DNA from: an uncultured Chloroflexia bacterium
GTDB taxonomy: Bacteria; Chloroflexota; Limnocylindria; Limnocylindrales; CSP1-4
Assembly (NCBI GenBank): GCA_963752475.1
Contig: CAVVYR010000007.1
Coordinates: 1-64,000, forward strand
Direction of reading: 5' to 3'
DNA length: 64,000 nt
The notes below the pieces were generated by a model. The model saw only the letters and a program-made list of their open reading frames with translations, had not been told where the DNA came from and did not search any database. Both the position numbers and the translations under genes were made by a program. Shown here one piece after another: positions 1 to 9,803 of the stretch (its first letter is position 1; every line of letters starts with the position of its first letter).

Positions 1-86
1 CCGGACGCTTCCCAGAGCGAACCGACTCGCTGCTTCAAGAGGGCCCGCCGTGTTGGGCCCTTCGGCTTGGGCGAAAGGACGTCTGG

Positions 87-821
87 CTACCTGTCGGTTG
101 GTGCCTGCGCGTCGTCGGCAGCCGCAGCCGCGATGTCTTCGGCGGTCGCGGAGGCGTCGACCACGGTCGTGCCTGCCGCATCCGACACGCCGGCGCGGGC
201 GGTCACGCCACCTTCGTCGGCGACGATCCCAAAGGCCGCCAGCTCGGTGGGGGAGGAGACGACCTGGGTGGCCGCCACGCCTGCCTCGCTGACCACCATG
301 GCCATGAGGATGTCCTTGCGCAGGTTCAGGGCCGTGCTGATCCTGCCCGAGATGTCAGCCGCGAGGGACAGCGTGTCCTCCTTGGTGGTCTGCTGGCGGA
401 CCGACTCGACGAAGTCCTGGCTGGTGGTGACCACGAGGGCTGAGCTGCCCGGGGTCAGGGCCGCGCCGAGCTGCTTGATCGAATCGTCATCGAAGCCGCC
501 ATCGGTGTGGGCAGCGATGCCGCCGAGCGCCGCACCGGCACCGGCGCCTATGACGATGCCGGCCGGTCCACCGAGGACGCCGATGATGCCACCGAGGAGC
601 GCGCCGACCCCGGCACCCTTACCGGTGCTCATGTCACCGGTTTCGTTGGTGTGGATCTTGCCGTTGGCGTCGCAGCGCACGACCACCGCATCATCGAAGT
701 AGAACTGCTGTGCGTCTCGCGCCTGCTTCAGATCGTCGAGCGTGGCGTCAGCTCTGTTCTCGTCCACGTAAGCGGCCACGAGCAGGCCAACACCGGGGAC
801 TCCTTGATCCTGGTTCGTCAT
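87..821 (-). CDS. DUF1269-family membrane protein (glycine-zipper)
   Basis: DDAVVVRCDANGKIH motif, GAGVGALLGGIIGVLGGPAG glycine zipper, LTPGSSALVV; GGAG-type RBS upstream. Confidence 0.8.
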   Translation of the reverse strand: MTNQDQGVPGVGLLVAAYVDENRADATLDDLKQARDAQQFYFDDAVVVRCDANGKIHTNETGDMSTGKGAGVGALLGGIIGVLGGPAGIVIGAGAGAALGGIAAHTDGGFDDDSIKQLGAALTPGSSALVVTTSQDFVESVRQQTTKEDTLSLAADISGRISTALNLRKDILMAMVVSEAGVAATQVVSSPTELAAFGIVADEGGVTARAGVSDAAGTTVVDASATAEDIAAAAADDAQAPTDR

Positions 822-868
822 CCTGAGACTCCTTGTCTATCTGTGGACCCCCGGAGGAATCCGTCTAC

Positions 869-940
869 CTAGAGGATTTGCTCGACGACGTCGTCGAGCT
901 TCCAGGTCTTGTCCATGTAGCCCGCTGGCGGACCCTGGAA
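869..940 (-). pseudogene. 3'-terminal remnant of a DUF1214-type gene
   Basis: Translates FQGPPAGYMDKTWKLDDVVEQIL*, similar to the C-terminus of 11787..13346 (IYSPTEAYFDKTWQAGEIELID). Confidence 0.5.
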
Positions 941-947
941 CGGCTGG

Positions 948-1487
948 CTACGAGCCGCTGTCGTGGGACATCTGGTCGATGCAGACGGCGACGGCAAGGA
1001 TCACGATGTCGTTCTGTCCTGGCTCGATCTCGACGCCGTAGCTGTCGCGGACTCGGAACCACTTCTTCGACACCTGGGCCACCTCCTGGTCGCCCGCCTT
1101 GAGGGTGTACTCGTGGTCGACGATGTTGCCCTTGACGTCAAGATCAGGGCTGCCATCCATCTCGACGCTGATGCGATCGCGGACCGGTGAGATGACGGCC
1201 TTCTTTACCTCGGCGACCTGCTGCCCATCCGGGGTCAGGATGGCCATGCTTTCCTTCAGCCGAAGCTTGCGCTCCTGGATGGTGCAGACCACGTTGCCGT
1301 TGAGGTCTTTGAAGTCGAGCGTGTTGCGTACGCGCACGGCCTTGCCATCGACCTTGAAGACGTTGTCGCCGTCGCCGTTCTCGATCCAGAAGTCGTCCCC
1401 GATGGAGACCATCTTCTCGCGCATCTGGTAGCGGTGATGAAGGTCGTCGGCAGCGCCGTGACCTGCTGCGTTGCGTCTGCGTCTCAT
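948..1487 (-). CDS. LURP-one-related / scramblase (Tubby-C-like) protein
   Basis: YQMREKMVSIGDDFWIE, VKGNIVDHEY, VSKKWFRVRDSYGVEI motifs; AGGAG RBS. Confidence 0.88.
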   Translation of the reverse strand: MRRRRNAAGHGAADDLHHRYQMREKMVSIGDDFWIENGDGDNVFKVDGKAVRVRNTLDFKDLNGNVVCTIQERKLRLKESMAILTPDGQQVAEVKKAVISPVRDRISVEMDGSPDLDVKGNIVDHEYTLKAGDQEVAQVSKKWFRVRDSYGVEIEPGQNDIVILAVAVCIDQMSHDSGS

Positions 1488-1584
1488 CGAGGGGTCTCCT
1501 GGATTTACCCGCGAGTGCGACAGCTACGCTGCCGCCAGAACGAGGGTCGGATGTCAGACTGGGTTGTCGCATGGACCTTCGCTA

Positions 1585-1599
1585 CACCCGGTTCGGGTG
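1585..1599. promoter_or_regulatory. Palindromic operator site 1 (CACCCGGTTCGGGTG), between divergent genes
   Basis: TATGCT at 1622-1627 (+, 22-nt gap) and CAGTCT at 1556-1561 (-, 23-nt gap); motif recurs 10 times. Confidence 0.75.
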
Positions 1600-1676
1600 G
1601 AACCGCACCTCGCGCGCCCGGTATGCTCCAAGTCCCGAGAGGAACGAAGCATCCGCAGGCGATCGTAGGGAGGACC

Positions 1677-4364
1677 GTGGACGTCACCGAACCCACATTC
1701 GTCCCGACCAAGACGCAAGCACCACGCGTGCCCGCGAGCGCCATCGAGCGTCTCGGTGTGCACGACCGGCTCGACGCGGTGCTCGACCACCCGCTCACGC
1801 TGGTCACCGCGCCGGCCGGCTTCGGCAAGTCCTGGGCTCTCGCGGGCTGGCTGCAGGGAGCGGCGGCGCCACCCTCCTGCTGGGTCTCGCTCGACCCCTA
1901 CGACGATGACGCCATGCGCCTCTGGACCCACGTCATCGGCGCGGTCCGCGGCTCCGGCCAGCCTGCCGCCGCGACCGAGGCGACCGAGCTCATCAGCGGC
2001 TCGCCCGCGGGCTGGCCCCGCATCGTCGACGCGCTCGCGGCCGGACTGGCGGAGCAGGCCCAGCCGCTGGTCATCGTGCTCGACGACATCCATGCCGTCA
2101 GCAACCCCGAGGCCCTCGCCTCGCTGGGCCAGTTCCTCGCGCAGCTGCCGGCCACGAGCCACCTCGTGCTCGTGGGCCGCCACGACCCGGACATCCCGCT
2201 GGCGCGCTGGCGGGTCACCGGCGAGCTGCTCGAGATCCGCACCGGCGAACTGCGCTGCAGCCTGGCCGAGTCCGAGGCCCTCGTGTACGAGGCCCTGGGG
2301 CTGCAGCTCGCTGACAAGGACGTGGCCACCATCCACGAGCGCACCATGGGCTGGCTGGCCGGCATCCGCCTCGCAGCCACCGCGCTCTCGCGCCGTCCCC
2401 GCAGCGCGGCCGGGGCCGCGGCCCTCACCGGCGTGGGCACCATCGAGGGCGCCTACGAGGCCCTCGGTGACTACCTCATCGAGGAGGTCCTCGACACGCT
2501 CGAGGAGGACACGCGTCGGTTCCTGCTCGACATCTCGGTCCTGACCCGCCTCGACGTGGGCCTCTGCGACCACGTGGCCCAGACCACCGCCAGCGCGACC
2601 ATCCTCAGTGGCTTCGAGCGCTCGGGCTCGTTCATCACCCGCACCGCCGACGGCACCTACCGCCTCCATGACCTCGTCCGTGATGCCCTGCGCACCATCC
2701 TCCACCGCCAGGCCCCCGCCCGCGAGACCGAGCTGCTCCTGCGCGCCGCGCACTGGTTGCACGATCATGGCCAGCCCGTCGACGCGGTCAGCTACGCGCT
2801 CGAGGCCGAGCGCCCCGAGCTTGCCGAGCGCTGGCTCATCGAGTCCACCCGCGCCCTGCTCGAGGCCAAGCAGATCGAGACGCTCTGCGCGCTCTTCGAT
2901 CGCCTCGATGCGACGGGCTTCGAGATGTCGCCATCGGCGCTGCTGATGTGGATCTCCACCATCCTCTACAGCAGCCGGCCAGCGGCCCAGATCGACCGAG
3001 TGCTGGAGCGGGCCATGAAGTCGTACCTGGAACTGACCCCGGAGCAGGAACAGCAGTTGGCCCTCGACCTACTGGATGCGCCACATCTGTATCACGAGTC
3101 GGTCACCGAGTTGCGCTTGGTGACCATGTCGGCGATCGCCCACCGCGCCGGTGATCTCGAGTCGGCCCTGCAGTCCATGGCCTCTCTTGAGTCCGCACCC
3201 AGCGACAATGGCTTCATCGAGGCGGCGGCCGGTGAGGCGCGCATCTTCCAGGAGCAGTACGCCGAAGGGATCGGCCTGCTGCGGAGGTGGATCGATTGGG
3301 CCTCCCACGTGCAAGGATTGATGGCCGTGAACCTCGCATACGGTCTGTCGTTCTTCGCCTACGGCCTGCTTGGGCAGGGCAAGCTCACCGAGGCCGAGCG
3401 CGTGGCCGAGCAGGCCATCGAAGCGCTGGGGGCCATCGGGCTGACCGAGCTGCCGGCGTATGCCATCGGTGCCCTGCCGGCTGGCTGGGTAGCCTGGGAG
3501 CGCGGTGACCTCACAGCCGCGGAGACGATCGTCGACGCGGTGGCGCCGGCGATCGGAGCCTACGGCGAGGTCCCCACCACGGTACTGGCGCGCATGCTCC
3601 AGGCCCGCGTGCGCTTCTCGAAGGGCGACCCCGAGGCCGCTTTCGCGGCGCTCGAGGAAGCCCGGGTCATGAGCACCGGCCGTCCGGTACGGGGCCACTT
3701 CGCGGAGCGCCTCACCTTCGAGCAGCTGCGCCTGCACCTGCTCCTGGGCGATCCCGCCGCGGCCAGGCTCGACCTGCCCGACTGGCGCGAGCGTATCGAG
3801 CGGGGCCCCACCGGCATGCGCGAGCAGCTGCTCCTCGCGCGGCTGCTCATCGAGTCCGGCGCGGACGCCACGACCCTGCTCGACGAACTGCCCGAGGGCG
3901 CCGAGGTCACCGTCGTCCATGACATGGAGCTCGCGAAGTTGCGGGCCCTCGTGGCCCTGCGCGACGGCGACGAGACCGCCGCGCTCGAGCACCTCACCGC
4001 GGCCATGCGTATCGCGGTCCACAGCGGCCACCGCCAGATGTTCCTCGACTCCGAGCGGGCCTTGGGGGCCGTGCTCGACAACGCCGCCGCACGGAGCGGC
4101 TTCCTGCTGCGCTTCGACCGCGACGCTCCCCCGGTGGCCCCGCTCGAGGGTGCGCAGGCGATCCTCATCGAGCCGCTCTCGGACCGGGAGCTGGAGCTGC
4201 TGCGCCTGCTGCCCAGCCATCTCTCGTACCGCGAGATCGGTGCGCACATGTTCCTCTCCACCAACACCGTCAAGTCCTACGTCCAGTCCATCTACCGCAA
4301 GCTCGACGCCGAGCGTCGCTCCGAGGCGGTCGAGCACGCCCGTTCCCTGGGCCTGGTGCCCTAG
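1677..4364 (+). CDS. MalT-like STAND ATPase / LuxR-HTH transcriptional activator, paralog 1
   Basis: PTKTQAPR start motif, Walker A APAGFGKS, Walker B VIVLDDIH, ERTMGWLAGIRL, C-terminal LuxR HTH EPLSDRELELL...STNTVKSYVQSIYRKL; GTG after GGGAGG RBS. Confidence 0.93.
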   Translation: MDVTEPTFVPTKTQAPRVPASAIERLGVHDRLDAVLDHPLTLVTAPAGFGKSWALAGWLQGAAAPPSCWVSLDPYDDDAMRLWTHVIGAVRGSGQPAAATEATELISGSPAGWPRIVDALAAGLAEQAQPLVIVLDDIHAVSNPEALASLGQFLAQLPATSHLVLVGRHDPDIPLARWRVTGELLEIRTGELRCSLAESEALVYEALGLQLADKDVATIHERTMGWLAGIRLAATALSRRPRSAAGAAALTGVGTIEGAYEALGDYLIEEVLDTLEEDTRRFLLDISVLTRLDVGLCDHVAQTTASATILSGFERSGSFITRTADGTYRLHDLVRDALRTILHRQAPARETELLLRAAHWLHDHGQPVDAVSYALEAERPELAERWLIESTRALLEAKQIETLCALFDRLDATGFEMSPSALLMWISTILYSSRPAAQIDRVLERAMKSYLELTPEQEQQLALDLLDAPHLYHESVTELRLVTMSAIAHRAGDLESALQSMASLESAPSDNGFIEAAAGEARIFQEQYAEGIGLLRRWIDWASHVQGLMAVNLAYGLSFFAYGLLGQGKLTEAERVAEQAIEALGAIGLTELPAYAIGALPAGWVAWERGDLTAAETIVDAVAPAIGAYGEVPTTVLARMLQARVRFSKGDPEAAFAALEEARVMSTGRPVRGHFAERLTFEQLRLHLLLGDPAAARLDLPDWRERIERGPTGMREQLLLARLLIESGADATTLLDELPEGAEVTVVHDMELAKLRALVALRDGDETAALEHLTAAMRIAVHSGHRQMFLDSERALGAVLDNAAARSGFLLRFDRDAPPVAPLEGAQAILIEPLSDRELELLRLLPSHLSYREIGAHMFLSTNTVKSYVQSIYRKLDAERRSEAVEHARSLGLVP

Positions 4365-4564
4365 GGGGATCGCCCCGGGGTACGTGGCACATCGCGTGGG
4401 GCGGATGCGGAGCGTGGCGGCCTGCTGACCACGCGCGCCGACCCTCATCGACGGCCCCTGCGCGATCGAGGCTTCCTGCGGCAACCGGGCCTGCTGCTGG
4501 GCCGTGCGCTCTACTCTTGATCAGGGCGTCACTGGCCACCCGGTGGAGATGTGAGTCCCGGCCA

Positions 4565-4586
4565 CCTGAGCCTGGACAGGCTCAGG
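4565..4586. terminator. Hairpin CCTGAGCCTG-ga-CAGGCTCAGG at the mscS stop, between convergent genes
   Basis: Perfect inverted repeat, no U-tract. Confidence 0.4.
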
Positions 4587-5469
4587 GTCCTGGCGAGCGC
4601 ACCGCTGACGGCTCCGGCGCGCTGCCGTCGGTGGGGCCCTGGCCCGAAGTCGATGCGGAAGTCTGGACGAAGAGCTGAGGTGGAGGAAGGCTGATCCCGG
4701 CATCGGAGATGGCGCGCTGCAGGGCCCTGATGGCCTTGTCCATCACCGCCGTGTCGTTGTGGGTGTCCGGCCCGAACCAGAAGCGGATAGAGAGGTTGAT
4801 GGCGCCATCACCGAAGCTCCTCGCGAGCACGAGCGGAGCCGGGTCCGCCACGACCGTGTCAACACCAGCGACAGCGTCGATGAGCGTCCGGCTCACGGCA
4901 TCGAGATCGGCGTTGGGGTCGACTCCAAGGTCGATGCAGACCCTTCGCTTCTTGAAGGCCGTGTAGACGATGATGGTCGTGCCCAGGACCTGCGTGTTGG
5001 GGATGTGCACGCGCGTCCCCTCTGGGGTCTTGAGGGCGGTCGTGCGCGCGCTGATCTGGACCACTTCTCCACGATAGCCAGCGACTTCCAGTTGATCGCC
5101 AACTCCGAATGAGGGACGCGCCTGCAGCAGGAGGCCGGCCGCTGAGTTCTCGATAAGCGGCCGGATCATCAGGATGACGACCACGACGATGACGAGCACC
5201 ACCGCCACGAGCCAGCCCGCGTCGAGACCCATGACGCTCAGGGCCAGGGACCACGAGACCAGCAACACGGCGTATTGCGCGATCCGACCCACGTCGTTCG
5301 TGATCTCGGCGGAGACACCCGGTACCTTGGCCACGCCACGCCGAGCCCACCGCCCTGCCCATCGGGAGACGGGTAGCGCGACGAGTACGACCGCCAGCGC
5401 CAGGATCACGTCCCAGCCTGTCAACCCCAGAGACTGGATCAGGGTCGTGGCTTCGTCGACGATCTGCAC
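4582..5469 (-). CDS. mscS: Small-conductance mechanosensitive channel family protein
   Basis: Three TM segments, ENSAAGLLLQARPSFGVGDQL, GEVVQISARTT, VHIPN. Confidence 0.85.
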   Translation of the reverse strand: MQIVDEATTLIQSLGLTGWDVILALAVVLVALPVSRWAGRWARRGVAKVPGVSAEITNDVGRIAQYAVLLVSWSLALSVMGLDAGWLVAVVLVIVVVVILMIRPLIENSAAGLLLQARPSFGVGDQLEVAGYRGEVVQISARTTALKTPEGTRVHIPNTQVLGTTIIVYTAFKKRRVCIDLGVDPNADLDAVSRTLIDAVAGVDTVVADPAPLVLARSFGDGAINLSIRFWFGPDTHNDTAVMDKAIRALQRAISDAGISLPPPQLFVQTSASTSGQGPTDGSAPEPSAVRSPGP

Positions 5470-5680
5470 TCTGCCTCGTTCTCCTTCGGGTCGAGCTCCT
5501 TCGCTGTGCGCCAGCGCGGACGATCGGCTAGCTCATCCCGCGGCACGCAATGCCGCCAGGCACTGCATGGACCCTCGGTCAGGCACGGACTCCCTGAGCG
5601 GCGAGATCAGGTTCGTTAGGGACGGGGCCGCAAGCCGATCCCGTCGACCCGTTCCATGTCGCGAGGGGCGTCAGAGAGAC

Positions 5681-6001
5681 CTACTCCCCGTCCGTCTTGT
5701 AGATCGACTGGCCATATTCGGCGGCCGTGCGCCGGTTCGAGATGGCCTGGCCCCAGTTCAGGAGGTCAAGGATCACGCCGAGGGCGATCCACAGCCATTC
5801 CCAGCCGTCGATGCCGAGCGGCGTCCAAGCCAGGATGTACATGATCGTGGTGTACGGGAGGAAGAGGATGCCGAGGAGTGGCAGCAGGAATTCGCCCTGC
5901 CAGACGGTCACCCAGCGATCGCTGAATATCCAGGCGAGCACGAGGATCACCCGAGGAGCCACTGCTATGCCGAGCGCTAGGAAACAGCCGAGCAAAATCA
6001 C
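5681..6001 (-). CDS. Small hypothetical membrane protein
   Basis: Hydrophobic 106 aa with PLLGILFLPYTT and GWEWLWIALG; AGAGGG upstream; lies downstream of operator site 2. Confidence 0.75.
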   Translation of the reverse strand: MILLGCFLALGIAVAPRVILVLAWIFSDRWVTVWQGEFLLPLLGILFLPYTTIMYILAWTPLGIDGWEWLWIALGVILDLLNWGQAISNRRTAAEYGQSIYKTDGE

Positions 6002-6090
6002 AAATCTACCCTCTCTGCATTCGCCATCCGCACCGACCCTTGTCGGATCTGGTTGACAAGAGGGTCGCGCTCATCGACCCTCTGCGGCTA

Positions 6091-6105
6091 CCCCCGAATC
6101 GGGTG
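6091..6105. promoter_or_regulatory. Operator site 2 (CCCCCGAATCGGGTG)
   Basis: One mismatch to consensus; GACCCT on - strand at 6061-6066 (24-nt gap). Confidence 0.65.
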
Positions 6106-6163
6106 TTTCGGCCGGTCGCTACATCTCGGCTGAGCCGAGCTCGATGGCGAACGCCACTCGCTA

Positions 6164-6178
6164 CACCCGGTTCGGGTG
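6164..6178. promoter_or_regulatory. Operator site 3 (CACCCGGTTCGGGTG), autoregulatory position
   Basis: Identical to site 1; TATGCT at 6201-6206. Confidence 0.75.
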
Positions 6179-6256
6179 GAACCGCACCTCGCGCGCCCGG
6201 TATGCTCCAAGTCCCGAGAGGAACGAAGCATCCGCAGGCGATCAGTAGGGAGGACC

Positions 6257-8923
6257 GTGACCTTCGTCCCGACCAAGACACAGCCACCGCGCGTGCCCGC
6301 GAGCGCCATCGAGCGCCTCGGTCTGCACGACCGGCTCGGCGCGGTCCTCGACCATCCGCTCACGCTGGTCACCGCACCCGCCGGCTTCGGCAAGTCCTGG
6401 GCCGTCGCCGGCTGGCTGCAGGGCGATGCGGCCCCGGCCTCGTGCTGGGTCTCGCTCGACCCCTACGACGATGACGCCATGCGCCTCTGGGCCCACCTCA
6501 TCGGCGCGGTCCGCGGCTCCGCCCAGCCCGCCGCCGCGACCGAGGCGACCGAGCTCATCAGCGGCTCGCCCGCGGGCTGGCCCCGCATCGTCGACGCCCT
6601 TGCGGCCGGACTGGCGGAGCAGGCCCAGCCGCTGGTCATCGTGCTCGACGACATCCAGGCCGTGACCAACCCCGAGGCCCTCGCCTCGCTGGGCCAGTTC
6701 CTCGCGCAGCTGCCGGCCACCTGCCACCTCGTACTGGCGGGCCGCCACGACCCGGACATCCCGCTCGCGCGCTGGCGGGTCACCGGCGAACTGCTCGAGA
6801 TCCGCACCGGCGACCTGCGCTGCAGTCTGGCCGAGTCCCAGGCCCTCGTGCACGAGGCCCTGGGGCTGCAGCTCGCTGACAAGGACGTGGCCACCATCCA
6901 CGAGCGCACCATGGGCTGGCTGGCCGGCATCCGCCTCGCGGCCACCGCGCTCTCGCGCCGTCCCCGCAGCGCGGCCGGGGCCAGCGCCCTCACCGGCGTG
7001 GGCGCCATCGAGGGCGCCTACGACGCGCTCGGCGACTACCTCATCGAGGAGGTCCTCGACACGCTCGAGGAGGACACGCGTCGGTTCGTGCTCGACATCT
7101 CGGTGCTGACCCGCCTCGAGGTGGCCCTCTGCGACCACGTGGCGCAGACCACCGCCAGCGCGGCCCTCCTCTCGGACTTCGAACGCTCGGGCTCGTTCAT
7201 CACCCGTACCGCCGACGGCACCTACCGCCAGCATGACCTCGTGCGTGATGCCCTGCGCACCATCCTCCACCGCCAGGCCCCCGCCCGCGAGACCGAGCTG
7301 CGCCTGCGCGCGGCCCACTGGTTCCACGATCACGGCCAGCCCATCGACGCGGTCAGCTCCGCGCTCGAGGCCGAGCGCCCCGAGCTCGCCGAGCGCTGGC
7401 TCATCGAGTCCACCCGCGCCCTGGTCGAGGCCAAGCAGATCGAGACGCTCTGCGCCTTCTTCGACCGTCTCGATGCCACGGGCCACGAGTTCTCGCCGTC
7501 GGGGCTATTCATGTGGAGTGCCTCCAACCTCTATGGCAACCGCCCCGCGATCGAGATCGACCGCGTTCTCGACCGCGCGCGCCGGGCGTTTGCGTCGCTC
7601 AGCGACGAGGATCGCGATCAAGGCGAGAGTGATCTTGTCTATCTCGCTGGATCGTACGCATCGCTGGATGAGATCCGTCTCTTCCTGGAGGCGATAGTCG
7701 GCCACCGAGAGGGCAATCCCGAACGGGCCGGACGAGCCGCGGAGGCCCTGGGACAGCCAAGCTTGAGCGGCTTGACCGAAGCCCTGGCTGGTGTCTCACT
7801 GATCTTTCGAGAACAGTATTCAGCAGGCATGGACCTGGGGCGACGATGGCAAGCGTACGTGGAGCGGTCCATAGGGGTAGCGGCGTCGAACCTCGGCCAC
7901 AGCCGCTCCTGGCTCGCCTACGGGCTCCTCGGCCAAGGCAAGCTCACCGAGGCCGAGCGGGTCGCTGGCCGGGCTAGCGAGACTCTCCGGGCTATGGGGC
8001 TGACGGAAGTGCCGGCCTATGCATTGGTGACCCTGCCTGCAGGCTGGGTGGCCTGGGAGCGCGGGGACCTCACGGCCGCGGAGACGATCGTCGACGCGGT
8101 GGCGCCGGCGATCGGAGCCTACGGCGAGGTCCCCACCACGGTACTGGCGCGCATGCTCCAGGCCCGCGTGCGCTTCTCGAAGGGCGACCCCGAGGCCGCC
8201 TTCGCGGCGCTCGAGGAAGCCCGGGTGATGAGCACCGGCCGTCCGGTACGGGGCCACTTCGCGGAGCGCCTCATCTTCGAGCAGCTGCGCCTGCACCTGC
8301 TCCTGGGCGATCCCGCCGCGGCCAGGCTCGACCTGCCCGACTGGCGCGAGCGTATCGAGCGGGGCCCCACCGGCATGCGCGAGCAGCTGCTCCTCGCGCG
8401 GCTGCTCATCGAGTCCGGCGAGGACGCCACGACCCTGCTCGACGAACTGCCCGAGGGCGCCGAGGTCACCGTCGTCCATGACATGGAGCTCGCGAAGTTG
8501 CGGGCCCTCGTGGCCCTGCGCGACGGCGACGAGACCGCCGCGCTCGAGCACCTCACCGCGGCCATGCGTATCGCGGTCCACAGCGGCCACCGCCAGATGT
8601 TCCTCGACTCCGAGCGGGCCTTGGGGGCCGTGCTCGACAACGCCGCCGCACGGAGCGGCTTCCTGCTGCGCTTCGACCGCGACGCTCCCCCGGTGGCCCC
8701 GCTCGAGGGTGCGCAGGCGATCCTCATCGAGCCGCTCTCGGACCGGGAGCTGGAGCTGCTGCGCCTGCTGCCCAGCCATCTCTCGTACCGCGAGATCGGT
8801 GCGCACATGTTCCTCTCCACCAACACCGTCAAGTCCTACGTCCAGTCCATCTACCGCAAGCTCGACGCCGAGCGTCGCTCCGAGGCGGTCGAGCACGCCC
8901 GTTCCCTGGGCCTGGTGCCCTAG
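6257..8923 (+). CDS. MalT-like STAND ATPase / LuxR-HTH transcriptional activator, paralog 2
   Basis: Same motifs as paralog 1 with an identical HTH; GTG after GGGAGG. Confidence 0.93.
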   Translation: MTFVPTKTQPPRVPASAIERLGLHDRLGAVLDHPLTLVTAPAGFGKSWAVAGWLQGDAAPASCWVSLDPYDDDAMRLWAHLIGAVRGSAQPAAATEATELISGSPAGWPRIVDALAAGLAEQAQPLVIVLDDIQAVTNPEALASLGQFLAQLPATCHLVLAGRHDPDIPLARWRVTGELLEIRTGDLRCSLAESQALVHEALGLQLADKDVATIHERTMGWLAGIRLAATALSRRPRSAAGASALTGVGAIEGAYDALGDYLIEEVLDTLEEDTRRFVLDISVLTRLEVALCDHVAQTTASAALLSDFERSGSFITRTADGTYRQHDLVRDALRTILHRQAPARETELRLRAAHWFHDHGQPIDAVSSALEAERPELAERWLIESTRALVEAKQIETLCAFFDRLDATGHEFSPSGLFMWSASNLYGNRPAIEIDRVLDRARRAFASLSDEDRDQGESDLVYLAGSYASLDEIRLFLEAIVGHREGNPERAGRAAEALGQPSLSGLTEALAGVSLIFREQYSAGMDLGRRWQAYVERSIGVAASNLGHSRSWLAYGLLGQGKLTEAERVAGRASETLRAMGLTEVPAYALVTLPAGWVAWERGDLTAAETIVDAVAPAIGAYGEVPTTVLARMLQARVRFSKGDPEAAFAALEEARVMSTGRPVRGHFAERLIFEQLRLHLLLGDPAAARLDLPDWRERIERGPTGMREQLLLARLLIESGEDATTLLDELPEGAEVTVVHDMELAKLRALVALRDGDETAALEHLTAAMRIAVHSGHRQMFLDSERALGAVLDNAAARSGFLLRFDRDAPPVAPLEGAQAILIEPLSDRELELLRLLPSHLSYREIGAHMFLSTNTVKSYVQSIYRKLDAERRSEAVEHARSLGLVP

Positions 8924-9018
8924 GGGGATCGCCCCGGGGTCCGTGGCACATCGCGTGGGGCGGATGCGGAGCGTGGCGGCCTGCTGACCACGCGCTTGGT
9001 GGGTTCCTCTTGGCGTTT

Positions 9019-9035
9019 CACCCACATCGGGGGTG
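9019..9035. promoter_or_regulatory. Operator site 4 (degenerate, CACCCACATCGGGGGTG)
   Basis: Upstream of the lipoprotein gene; GACTGT at 9060-9065. Confidence 0.5.
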
Positions 9036-9131
9036 GCTCGTCCCTCGCGCTCGGTGGTTGACTGTGAGTGGAGCCGCTCTCACGTCTTCCGCGCGAGATG
9101 CGCAGCCCCACCCCAAAGAGGTGGACCAGCA

Positions 9132-9704
9132 ATGTCAACTCGAAGCTCCGTGCGTCGGCCGGCCCTGTTGCTGGCGCTGGCGGTGAGTGCTGTCCTGCTG
9201 ATCGCGGCCTGTGATGACGGCGCTGATGCAACGCCGGCCGCAGAGACGGCATCAGAGGCGTGGGCCAGCAGCGTGTGTGGTGCTGTGGCTACCTGGGAGG
9301 ACTCGATCAGGACCATCACGACCGACTTCAGCGATGGCATCTCCAAGGATGTCGTCACCGAGAAGGTCGATGACGCGGGGAAAGCCACGCAAGACCTCGT
9401 CGCTTCCCTGCGGGATGTCGGTGCACCCGAGACCGACGCTGGCCAGGACGCGAAGACGGCGATCGAGCAGTTCGCCGACGAACTCGAGTCAGGCGTCGAC
9501 TCGATCAAAGCTGATGTGCAGGACCTCGCGGACTCCGGTGCTGGAGGCGTCGCCTCAGGCGTGACCGATATCGCTACGCAGCTGAGCACGCTCATCGCGG
9601 ACGGTCAGGCCACACTCGGAGATATCCAGGGCCTGGACGCCGCGGAGGAGCTCAAGGCGGCCATCGAGAACGACGAGACCTGTCAGTCCCTTAGAGCCGA
9701 ATAG
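9132..9704 (+). CDS. Predicted lipoprotein, alpha-helical
   Basis: Signal peptide ending in LIAAC lipobox; WASSVCGA...C cysteine pair; GAGGT RBS. Confidence 0.8.
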   Translation: MSTRSSVRRPALLLALAVSAVLLIAACDDGADATPAAETASEAWASSVCGAVATWEDSIRTITTDFSDGISKDVVTEKVDDAGKATQDLVASLRDVGAPETDAGQDAKTAIEQFADELESGVDSIKADVQDLADSGAGGVASGVTDIATQLSTLIADGQATLGDIQGLDAAEELKAAIENDETCQSLRAE

Positions 9705-9803
9705 GGGGCGCCTGTCGGCCCAAGGTCGACGCCATCAAGGACGCAAGGTCGTGCCACGTCGGATGGCACGACCTTGTCGGATCATGCGCGGGGGCGAGAG
9801 AGA

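Larger units (their letters stand above)
1579..4436 (+). repeat. Copy 1 of a ~2.85-kb duplicated unit (operator, promoter, regulator gene, 3' flank); copy 2 at 6158..8995
   Basis: Direct comparison: identical 5' region, highly similar N-terminal part, near-identical C-terminal part and 72 nt of 3' flank; centre diverged. Confidence 0.95.
6158..8995 (+). repeat. Copy 2 of the duplicated regulator unit
   Basis: Matches 1579..4436 except for the central segment. Confidence 0.95.

Noticed and set aside
1434-1676. N-terminal extensions of the regulator ORFs (starts 1434 and 6176)
   Set aside because: They run through the promoter/operator; the SD-preceded GTGs at 1677 and 6257 fit better.
2919-8030. 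Diversity-generating retroelement as the cause of the variable regulator segment
   Set aside because: No reverse transcriptase in the window; divergence is not adenine-specific and includes indels.
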